This document shows positions 33,428 through 42,337 of a stretch of DNA of 64,000 nt, in pieces. The notes under the pieces were generated by a model, which was given only the letters and a program-made list of their open reading frames with translations, ran no database searches and was not told the origin of the DNA. How positions within the stretch are numbered: the first letter of the stretch is position 1; each line of letters begins with the position of its first letter. The stretch comes from a bacterium (lineage in GTDB: Bacteria; Patescibacteriota; Minisyncoccia; Phycocordibacterales; UBA9973): positions 25,380-89,379 of the forward strand of contig JBBCGN010000001.1 of the NCBI GenBank assembly GCA_037200905.1, written 5' to 3'. The translations under genes were made by a program, and so were the position numbers.

Positions 33428-34406
33428 TTTTCTTTGCTAAGCCGTATCCGTTGCCATGAGAAAGCATTCCTACATAGGAAGCAATCGACTCAGGCTTCGG
33501 ATTTTTTCTTATATTTCGGTACATCCTCCTTTTTGTCGCAGTTCGTAAAACTCTATGGTTCGGAAAATGCACCCAGCCGAGAAAATCCACGCCGGAAGCG
33601 GCGGTCTTGATAAATACTTTGTCGGGATGCATGTGCAATTTCAGTTCGGTTTCCAGAAAATCTTTCATCCGTACCAATACGCCCCTCTACATATTCCTTG
33701 TCTTCCGAGAGGACGGCAAAATCATCGGCATACTGATATAGCATTTCACCTTGAGCCTGTGCTCCACGAACTGGTCGAACTCGTTCATATAGACGTTGAC
33801 CAGGAGCTGGCTGGTTAGGTTGCCGAGCGGCAGGCCCACTTGGACACCCGGTGTCCAAGTGGTGGAAAAGCTGTCGATAACGGTCGTGAGCAGCCAGAGC
33901 GTGTCAGCTTCACCTATGTGTTTCGCCAAAATCTTCTTGAGGATATCATGATCGATGTTGGCGAAGAATTTCCTGATGTCGCACTTCAGGACGTAGCAGG
34001 TTCGGGTATTGTTCTTCGACGTTCTGCGGAAGAAATGCCTGAACCGGTCCATGGCCCTGTGCGTGCCTTTGCCTATCCGGCAGGAATATGAATCGTAGAT
34101 GAACTTCTTGTCGAAGAATGGATACAACATTCTGTATATAGCATGGTGCAGCAGCCGATCGCGCACGCTCGCCTTGTGTATGTCGCGGGGTTTGGGGTCG
34201 GAAATCTTGAATGCACGGTATCCGGAATGTTTATATTTTTTTGTTTTCAAATTCAGATGCAAATTGAGCAAGTTTTCCATCAGATTTCTCTCAAAAATTT
34301 GAACATCCTCCTTGTTCCTTTTATCTTTTTTAAACTCTTTCCAGGCTAAAAGCAGATTCTCCAAGGATATGGTAACATCATATGCATGACTGCAAATTTT
34401 TCTCAC
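33411..34406 (-). CDS. DGR reverse transcriptase (2 frameshifts)
   Basis: RT motifs DIRKFFANIDHDIL, GLPLGNLTSQLLVNVYMNEFD (the DGR-type [I/L]GxxxSQ), QYADDFAVLS, and thumb LHMHPDKVFI..GVDFLGW. A C10 tract at 34421-34430 lies just upstream of the GTG start. Confidence 0.85.
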
Positions 34407-34446
34407 AGATCAAATAGTAACCCCCCCCCCGACGATTTTGCCAGTC

Positions 34447-34765
34447 ATGCAAAAAGTGAAAACTGTGTATATCCTCTGGTTTGATTGCTATAAAAAATTA
34501 GAAAAAGTACACAAATACACACTTGGACAAAAATCGACAACTTGTTCGTAGAAATTATAGAGGCTATAGCTATAGCTACTTTTTTAGACAAGACAGAAAA
34601 ACAGCCATGGATACGGCTGGCTATTCGAAAATTGGATACGATAAAAATACTTCTGATGATATTGTGGGAGGTGAAATCTATTGATAATAAAAAATATATG
34701 CATATCTCTATGCCGCTCGAAGAAATCGGCAGATGCTCGGCGGATGGAACGGACAGATCGCAAAA
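34447..34765 (+). CDS. candidate Avd-like accessory protein (four-helix-bundle / 23S-IVS family), one frameshift, on the opposite strand to the RT and TR
   Basis: MQKVKTVYILWFDCYKKLEKVHKYTLGQK.. then ..QPWIRLAIRKLDTIKILLMILWEVKSIDNKKYMHISMPLEEIGR. From memory this resembles the ..KEEKYGLTSQLRR..FIQFLRIAKGSLAEtqyhLlLA..L.YI..eEy..L......eEigKML pattern. Confidence 0.35.
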
Positions 34766-34770
34766 CAAAA

Positions 34771-34792
34771 CTCCCCTGCCAAAGCAGGGGAG
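34771..34792 (-). promoter_or_regulatory. 9-bp stem-loop immediately 3' of the TR (candidate DGR RNA structural element)
   Basis: ctcccctgc caaa gcaggggag, 13 nt beyond the end of the TR. Confidence 0.5.
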
Positions 34793-34804
34793 AAATGAAG
34801 AAAG

Positions 34805-34903
34805 TTTCGGACACCCCCGAACCACCAGTTGTCGTTCCTGTCGTTGTCGTTCTGGTTGACGTTCACATTCGGCTCATCGTTCCACCGGTTGAAGTTCACG
34901 AAG
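34805..34903 (-). repeat. DGR template repeat (TR)
   Basis: About 96-bp identity to 35259-35354 except at 14 positions, all plus-strand T (coding-strand A). The TR frame encodes an Asn-rich peptide, NFNRWNDEPNVNVNQNDNDRNDNWWFGGVR. Confidence 0.9.
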
Positions 34904-35171
34904 ATGCGTATAAAATATCTTCCGGGCCACTGCGAGCTTAACAAATCGTAAAGCTTCGCTGTATTTTATTTGTGATGGTAATCACTCAATATTTTATACC
35001 AAGTATCTTCAATTTTTGAAGTTTCTGCACAAACAACCCTGATTGAAACCTTATGTAATAAAATGACCTACCGGGTTGATTCCAAAGATTCTCTGTTTGT
35101 GGATACTGGTTTCGGCAGCATGAAATCGTAATTCCATACAAATTCGCCTAATACCGCTTTTTAGTATAACA

Positions 35172-35200
35172 AAAAAAACGGAATTTTAAAAAAATTCCGT
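35172..35200 (-). terminator. terminator after the DGR target gene
   Basis: aacggaatttt / aaaattccgtt perfect hairpin with T-runs on both strands. Confidence 0.55.
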
Positions 35201-35236
35201 TTAGAACTAAGGACTAAGTACAAAAGAGTACTGAGT

Positions 35237-35867
35237 TCAAAGCGATAAGTTCTGCTTGCGGACACCCCCGAACCACCAGTAGTCGTACCCGACGTAGTCG
35301 TCCTGGCCGACGCGCACAATCGGCTCATCGTCCCACCGGTCGAAGTCCACGAAGCACCATTTGCCTTTTGCATTTTTCCAATGCGTACCGTTCGGGCGCG
35401 TATCGGCGAATAAAGGGTCGGCTTCGTTCACGGCGCATTGTGCCAGGGGGTCAGGCTTGAGACCGCGAAGATCATATTCTTTTTCCAAATCCTCATCGCT
35501 GATATAGCGATCCATTTTTGAAGAAAAAGACATCTGTTTCTTCGCCTTCGCCTTTCGGCATGTTAGCAACAACATCATTGCTGACATATTGCTTTCTGCC
35601 TGTGGCATCCAATGCTTCCTGTGGAGCGCGTTTGCGATTCACCTGTACATGACGAACAATCATGTTGCTCTGTGCGTCTATATACTTGTGGATAATGGGC
35701 TCCAGTTCATCCACGAGAGCCTCGGCATTCTGCTCAAGAACCTTTTGTGTCGGTTCATTGGCAAAACTTTTTTGTTCTTGCGCAGACGAGCTTGCGAGAA
35801 TTTCGCAAATTTTACCGATCTGGCCCTCGGTAATGGGGCTCAATGGGTTCATGATTTTCTTGTCCAT
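35237..35867 (-). CDS. DGR target (variable) protein, about 210 aa, one frameshift near 35500-35600
   Basis: Start MDKKIMNP at 35867 with no signal peptide; VR at the C-terminus (..WCFVDFDRWDDEPIVRVGQDDYVGYDYWWFGGVRKQNLSL*). Confidence 0.75.
35259..35354 (-). repeat. DGR variable repeat (VR) at the 3' end of the target gene
   Basis: Encodes DFDRWDDEPIVRVGQDDYVGYDYWWFGGVR. The differences from the TR are confined to TR adenines. Confidence 0.9.
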
Positions 35868-35949
35868 GACGTCATTATTTAAATTATGAAGAACGATTGC
35901 AAGCTTGAAATCCCAAATGGGTATAGGGCATAGCTCATATTCACCCTAT

Positions 35950-36010
35950 CTATGGATTATACACCTATTTATGTAAAAAGTCAATACACACAAAGCCTTG
36001 TGAAATAGGC
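35950..36010 (-). promoter_or_regulatory. hairpin plus consensus promoter module, copy A (drives the DGR target gene)
   Basis: Minus strand: AAGCCT atttcaca AGGCTT hairpin (terminator for pgk), then TTGACT-N17-TATAAT. Confidence 0.6.
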
Positions 36011-37202
36011 TTATTCCAGGACCTTGATGCCCGGCAGAGTGCCGCTCGCCAGGAAGTCGAGGGCGGCTCCGCCGCCGGTCGAGACGAAGGTGAATTCGTT
36101 CTCAATCTTCAATTCGGAAATGACGGCTGCCGTGTCTCCCCCGCCGATGATGGAAATAGTACCGTTCTTTGTCGCACCTGCAATCAATCGCAATATGGCT
36201 TTCGTAGCTTCTGCCCCGCCGTCTTCGTATTTGCCGAGCGGACCGTTCCACAGGATGAGCTTCGCCGCCGCGATGAGCGGCCTTGCAAGTTCTACGGCGT
36301 TCGCGCCGAGATCGATGATAGTATCAGTCTTCTCGATATCGTGAGCATTCTTCTCGATAAGAATGCCATCTTCCATTTTCACTAGCACATCTTCCGAGAT
36401 AACGAGCTTCGGATTGCCGAGCATCTTGTCGATGCCGAAGTCTCCTTCAGAAACGAAGTGAACGCCCCACCTCAAACCCCTTTGCCTTGAGAAAATCATT
36501 GAGCATGGCCCCGCCGATGAAGAGATTGTCAGCAGTACCGATGTATCTATTGATGATAGGAAGCTTGGTATCGAATTTCGCGCCGCCGAGGATGAAGAGA
36601 AACGGATGTTCCGGCCTTTCAAAGGCGATTGAAAGGTGTTTCACTTCGCTCTCAAGCTGGAAACCCGCGTATGAAGGAAGCAGGGTCGGCACAAGGGTGA
36701 TTGAAGAATCATCTCTATGGCAGACAGGGAAAGCATCGTTCACGTAGATATCTGCAAGAGCAGCGAGAGCCTTGGCAAATTCCATATCTTTTCCTTGCTC
36801 GCCCGGATTCATGCGCAGATTCTCTAGCAGAATAACATCGCCAGATGCCATAGCCTGCACGGCCTCAGTCACTTTCGCACCGATAACTTCGGGAATAAAT
36901 TTTGAAGGAATGTATTTCGCAAGCGCTGCTGCAACAGGTGCAAGCGACTCAGTACCTTTGCCGAGATGAGTGATGAGGATTACTTTCATGCCGAGTTCTG
37001 ATAAGAACTTAATTGTCAGCAGAGCTTTCTGAATGCGAAAATCGTCTGTGATCACGCCATCCTGAATCGGTACGTTAAAATCAACGCGCACGAGCGCTGC
37101 TTTGCCCTGCATGTCTTTCAATTCTTTGATGGATTTCATAAATCGGAGCGGAGCATGGTTCTTGAAAGGGCTTGCGCAGGCCGACGGGCCGAGCAGGAGC
37201 AA
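36011..37202 (-). CDS. pgk: phosphoglycerate kinase (one frameshift)
   Basis: Two collinear fragments, with ..NGPLGKYE.. and ..GGGDTAAVI...GGGAALDFL. Confidence 0.85.
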
Positions 37203-37217
37203 AAATTCAGCAGAATT

Positions 37218-37997
37218 TTATGAGTACCTTTCAAGAGCCATGTTCCGCAGAGCTGATAATCTTTGTAAATTTCTTGGCATCCAGGCTGGCCCGGCGACGA
37301 GCAGGCCCTCCACGCCGCCGCTTCTCAAAAAATCTCCCGCGTCTTTCTCGTTCACCGAACCGCCGTACAGTATCCTGACATCCTTGGCGATCTTCGAGGA
37401 CACCATGTCCGACAGGGTCTTTCGTACGAAGATAGCCATCTCGAGCGAATCGGCCGGCACGGCATCGCGGCGGTTCGCGGTGGTAGAGATAGCCCATACC
37501 GGCTCGTAGGCCACAATGACCTTGGAAATGAGATTCTTGGAAATGCCCTCCAGACATTCCTTTATCTGGGCTTTGACGAGATTGAGGTATTCATGCTTCT
37601 CATCGCGCTCGTTCTCGCCGACGCAGAGGATGGGCAGGAGGCCGGCCTGGATGGCCGCTTTGACCTTCTTGTTGATCAGTGCGTTGTCTTCGCCCATGAC
37701 CCGGCGCTCGGAGTGGCCGAGGATGACGTATTTCGCGCCGATGCCGGCAAGCATGTCGGGCGAGACTTCGCCGGTGAAGGCGCCGACATCCGTCCATGCC
37801 GCATCCTGCGCGCCGAGAGCGATCTTCTTGGAAATTTTCCTGAGCTTCTCTATATATAGGTACGGCGCGCAGACCACGACATCGGTCCTTTTCATGCCAG
37901 AGACGGATTTTGATATTTCTTTAAAGAGTTTTTCCGCTTCCTTCTCCGAAACCGGATTCATCTTCCAATTCGCGATGATGATATTCTTTCGGGCCAT
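37218..37997 (-). CDS. tpiA: triosephosphate isomerase
   Basis: IIANWKMN ... AYEPVWAIST ... LYGGSV. Confidence 0.9.
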   Translation of the reverse strand: MARKNIIIANWKMNPVSEKEAEKLFKEISKSVSGMKRTDVVVCAPYLYIEKLRKISKKIALGAQDAAWTDVGAFTGEVSPDMLAGIGAKYVILGHSERRVMGEDNALINKKVKAAIQAGLLPILCVGENERDEKHEYLNLVKAQIKECLEGISKNLISKVIVAYEPVWAISTTANRRDAVPADSLEMAIFVRKTLSDMVSSKIAKDVRILYGGSVNEKDAGDFLRSGGVEGLLVAGPAWMPRNLQRLSALRNMALERYS

Positions 37998-38038
37998 ATG
38001 GCAAAGTATAACATAATGGGATAAAATATAAGCAACGC

Positions 38039-39369
38039 ATGATTTTTCACCCTCATCACAGGAATACAGGATTCACTCTCATTGAAACTATCGTCGGTAC
38101 CGCCGTCTTCGTCGTCGTGGCGCTCTCGGCATACAAGGCATTCGGCGTACTGATGGATGCTGTCTCTTCTGCTCGGGCGAAAATCGCCGCCACGAGCGTC
38201 GCCAACGAGAAATTCGAGATCATCCGCAATCTGCCGTATGACGACGTGGGCATCGTGAACGGCATTCCGGACGGGAAACTGGCGCATACCGAGACGGTGA
38301 CGCGGGACAATTACTCCTTCAATCTCACCACCACCGTCAGGAACCAGGACGACAGCTTCGACGGCACCATCGGCGGCAGCCCGTCGGACACGTCGCCCGC
38401 CGATTACAAGCTCGCCGAGCTCGATATCGCCTGCGGCAACTGCAAGATTTTTTTCTCCATTGAAGTTCATCACCCTGGTGGCGCCGCACGCCCTCGAAAC
38501 GGCCTCCACTAACGGCGCTCTCTTCATCCAAGTCTTCGACTCGAACGGCGCGGCCGTCCAGGGCGCGAACGTACACATCGTGAACACCCAGACCAACCCC
38601 GACACTACTATCGACGACACTACGGACCTGAACGGCTACCTGAAGATCATCGACGCGCCGCCGGCACGAACGCCTACAAGATCACCGTATCGAAAACCGG
38701 CTACTCCACCGACCAGACCTACCCCATCGGCGGCGCGGCCGGGCCCGAGCCCGAGCGACCCCAATGCCACCGTCGTCGTCCAGCACGTCACGCAGACCAG
38801 CCTGTCGATAGACAGGACGAGCACGCTGGCAGTTTCTTCCGTTGATCCGACATGCGTGGCAGTGCCTTCCATCGGCTTCTCCGCTCACCGGAGAAAAGAC
38901 CATCGGTACGGGAGTATTGAAATATCCGACGCACAGCTTCACCACCGACGCGAACGGCAGCTACACCGTCTCGGGCCTCGAATGGGACACCTATGCGAGC
39001 GCGCTGACCAATGCCGCCTACGACCTGGCTGGCACGAGCCTCATGCCCGTATTCGACGTGAACGCCGGAGAGAACAAGGCCGTGCAGATGATAGTCACGC
39101 CCCATCTCGACAAGGCATTGCTCGTCTCAGTGGTGGACGGGAACGGCGCAGCCATCGACGGCGCGCTCGTGGTGCTGCAGAAAACGCCGTTCTCCGACAC
39201 CAAGACTACCAATGGCGGCACATGCGCTACGCCGGGCCAAGTATTCTGGAACGGCCTGGCGAGCGGCACATATTCCTTGACCGTTTCCAAGACGGGATAT
39301 GCCACATCAGTGACATCGGTAAGCCTCTCTTCCAGCTGGCAGAACCCGACGATAACCCTCGCGCCATAA
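38039..39369 (+). CDS. type IV pilin-like protein (prepilin-type N-terminus) with a large beta-rich C-terminal region; frameshifted
   Basis: Leader MIFHPHHRNTG followed by FTLIETIVGTAVFVV (class III signal). The C-terminal domains continue in 38842..39369. Confidence 0.7.
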
Positions 39370-39370
39370 T

Positions 39371-40006
39371 ATGAAAAATTTTACGCACAACAAAAAAGGC
39401 TTCGCCCGCAGGCCCCTGGCCGAGGGATTCAGCATCGTCGAGATGCTCATCGCCGTTTCCATCATCACCGTCGTCGGCCTGGCGCTCGGGTACTTCGCGC
39501 GGAACATCTTCGTCTACAACTCCTTCGTCTCGGCGGGTCTCGCCAACGCCGATGCCGGCCGCAATATCCTCACCGTCGCCGCGGCGGAGATCCGCGGGGC
39601 TACGCCGGCCGACACCGGCGCCTACACCATCGACACGGCCACGGCCACGACCTTCACCTTCTACTCCGACATCGACAACGACGGGCTGAAGGATCGGGTG
39701 CGCTATTTTCTCTCCGGCACTTCGTTCAAGAAGGGCGTGACCAAGCCCTCCGGCAGCCCGCTCACGTACAACAGCGCGAACGAGAAGCTCTCTACCCTCA
39801 TCTATAACGTCACCGGCACGAGCATCTTTTCCTACTACGACAAGAATTACGACGGCACCACCGCGGCCCTCCCGTCCCCTGTCGACGTGTCGAAGATCCG
39901 CCTCGTGAAGCTCACCGTCACCATCGACCGCGATCCGAACCGTTCGCCTATCCCGATGACGTTTTCCACCCAAGTGTCCATCCGCAACCTCAAAGACAAC
40001 CTATGA
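39371..40006 (+). CDS. prepilin-type minor pilin / pseudopilin
   Basis: ..AEG|FSIVEMLIAVSIITVVGLALG N-terminal methylation-type motif. Confidence 0.7.
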   Translation: MKNFTHNKKGFARRPLAEGFSIVEMLIAVSIITVVGLALGYFARNIFVYNSFVSAGLANADAGRNILTVAAAEIRGATPADTGAYTIDTATATTFTFYSDIDNDGLKDRVRYFLSGTSFKKGVTKPSGSPLTYNSANEKLSTLIYNVTGTSIFSYYDKNYDGTTAALPSPVDVSKIRLVKLTVTIDRDPNRSPIPMTFSTQVSIRNLKDNL

Positions 40007-41458
40007 GAAACATCTTCCATGAAAAAAGAATGCGCGGCAACAAGGGCATCCTGATCGTGCAGGTCATCGTCTTTTCGGCCGTGATGATCGCCGTCATCGG
40101 CGGACTCTCGGGCTGGGCCGCGACCACGATCAAGGCCGGGCGCATCACCTTCAACCGCGAACAGGCCTTCCAAGCGGCCGAAGCCGGCATCGATTATTAC
40201 CGCTGGCACCTCGCCCACGCGCCGGCCGACTACAAGGACGGCACGACCGGCAGCGGCCCGTACGTGCACAGCCTGAAGGACAAGAATGGCACGCCCATCG
40301 GGCAGTTCTCTCTCGCCATCACGGCCCCGGCCACCGGCTCCACCATCGTGAAGATCACCTCTACCGGATCATCGGCTCTCGATCCGTCGTACGTAAGAAA
40401 GATCGCCAGCCAGGTGGCAAAACCGTCCATCGCGAAATACCGCCTTCGCCGGCAACAGCTCCATGCGCTTCGGCTCGGGCACGGAAGTATACGGCCCGAT
40501 ACACTCGAACGGCGGCATCCGCTTCGACGGCCTGGCGCACAATCTCGTCACGAGCGGCGCCACGACATATGCCGATGCCGACGCCGATGCCTGCACCACG
40601 AACAATTCTTACGGCGTGCATACCTGCCTCTCGCCGCAGGATCCGACTTCGCCCGCGGTATTGCCGACCCGTTCGGACGTATTCGCCGCCGGACGCCTGA
40701 TCAGCCAGCCGAGCGTAAGCTTCTCCGGCTTCACGTCCGACCTCAATACCCTGAAGACGGCGAGCAAGACCGCGAGCGGCTTCTATCGCGATGCGGTCGG
40801 CGGCTCGTACGTGGGCTACCATGTGATACTGAAGACCAACGACACGTTCGACTTGTACAAGATAGGGAGTTGGACAAGCTTGGGAAACTGCACGACGCAG
40901 GCTCCGAACACGTTGAGCTGGAGCATCAACGCGCAGACCATTATCGGCAACTATGCTTTCCCGGCGAACGGCGTGATGTTCTTCGAGGACAATGTCGTCG
41001 TCGACGGGACTATCAATGGCGCGCGCCTGACCATCATCGCCGCGGACTTGCCCGTGCCGTCCGACACCACGAAGTACAAGAACATCATCGTCAACAGCAA
41101 TCTCCTGTATACCAATTTCGACGGCACGGATTCCCTCGGGCTCATCGCCCAGAATGCGGTCACGACGGGCATGGTATCGAACGACAATCTGACCATCGAC
41201 GGCGCCCTCATCGCCCAGAACGACCGCGTCGGCCGGCCGTACTTCGGAGGCGCGAGCTGCGCCTACAAGAACCGCTCGACCATCACGCTCTACGGCATGA
41301 TCGCTTCCAATGCGAGATACGGCTACTCCTGGACCGACGGCACCGGCTATGCCACGAGAAACATCGTCTACGACGCGAATCTCCTGTACGCCCCGCCGCC
41401 GTCCTTCCCGCTGACGTCTGACCAGTATCAGATACTGTCCTGGAAAGAGGTGAAGTAA
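40003..41458 (+). CDS. PilX-like minor pilin / pilus-associated protein of about 485 aa (one frameshift near 40440)
   Basis: Hydrophobic N-terminus GILIVQVIVFSAVMIAVIGGLSG; a large Ser/Thr/Asn-rich beta domain continues in the 40463..41458 frame. Confidence 0.6.
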
Positions 41459-41528
41459 GGCTGATTCATCTATATAGTATAAAAAGAAAAAGTCCTGGAA
41501 ATATTTCCAGGACCTGAAGATGTAAAAA

Positions 41529-42197
41529 CTACTGCGTGTGATTGCGGAAAAAAGATCGATCGCCGGCACGCCACTCGAAGGAGGCACGGAACTCAACGAC
41601 GAACACGTCCCAGCCGTCGTCGTTCCAGTACACGCACACGCCGCACAAAGCGCCTTTCTTGTTTCTGACCCAGAAGAGATTGGCGTAACCATTGTCGAGA
41701 AGGAGCTTTTCTCCTCCCACGATATGCCGTTCGCAAATCTGCTTGACGTGGGCCATATCCACTTCTTCATAGATCCCACCGGCTTTCGCGTCGCCGATAA
41801 TATTCTCTTCGGTGATATCTTCGGTGAATTTGTAGCTCGCCAGTTCTTTCGCGGGAGAGTTTTTCACTTCGGTCTCTAACCAGCTGAAGATATCGCCGTC
41901 GACATGTACAAAGATACCGCCTTGGTCTTTTGTCTTGAAGAAATCTTTGGTGTTGAAAGATTCGGTCGCTTCCAGACTTATGCCGGAAACGGCACGCTTG
42001 AGACGTCCAGAGATTTCGGAAACACCTGTAATGCCGAAAATCTCGTCTCTCTTGCTCGCCGACATCTTTAAAAACTTCTCAAGATGAAGTATGAATCTCC
42101 CGTCGTTCTTTTTTACAGCCGCTCTCAGCCGTTCAAGAATGCTTCCTTGCAGTCCAAATACTTTATCCGGATCTGCACCGATGTTTTTGTTTGCCAT
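41529..42197 (-). CDS. hypothetical protein (222 aa) driven by promoter module copy B
   Basis: ORF MANKNIGADPDK.. with no recognisable motif, embedded in the pilus cluster. Confidence 0.5.
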   Translation of the reverse strand: MANKNIGADPDKVFGLQGSILERLRAAVKKNDGRFILHLEKFLKMSASKRDEIFGITGVSEISGRLKRAVSGISLEATESFNTKDFFKTKDQGGIFVHVDGDIFSWLETEVKNSPAKELASYKFTEDITEENIIGDAKAGGIYEEVDMAHVKQICERHIVGGEKLLLDNGYANLFWVRNKKGALCGVCVYWNDDGWDVFVVEFRASFEWRAGDRSFFRNHTQ

Positions 42198-42261
42198 CAG
42201 TTTAAATTTTAAATGAACAAATCAGTCCGATTACATTTCTTGCATAGGCGGACTTTTACCT

Positions 42262-42325
42262 ATATGTATATTATACACCTATTTATGTAAAAAGTCAATA
42301 TTACGAAGCCTTGTGAAATAAAGGT
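42262..42325 (-). promoter_or_regulatory. hairpin plus consensus promoter module, copy B
   Basis: The minus strand reads tatttcacaaggctt..attgactttttacataaataggtgtataat, near-identical to 35955-36000. Confidence 0.6.
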
Positions 42326-42337
42326 TTTTCAGGAAAA

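Larger units (their letters stand above)
33411..35867 (-). mobile_element. diversity-generating retroelement cassette in the order target (VR) - TR - RT on the minus strand, with an avd-like gene on the plus strand
   Basis: See the component features below. Every one of the 14 TR/VR mismatches is at a TR adenine on the coding strand. Confidence 0.85.

Noticed and set aside
34708-34944. Asn-rich 78-aa ORF (..NFNRWNDEPNVNVNQNDNDRNDNWW..)
   Set aside because: It is the in-frame translation of the DGR template repeat. The TR is a non-coding copy of the VR, so this is not a gene.
35221-35258. Searched for the canonical GC-rich hairpin 3' of the VR
   Set aside because: Only a tandem actaag repeat and no stable stem-loop. 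The convincing hairpin is after the TR (34771-34792), not after the VR.
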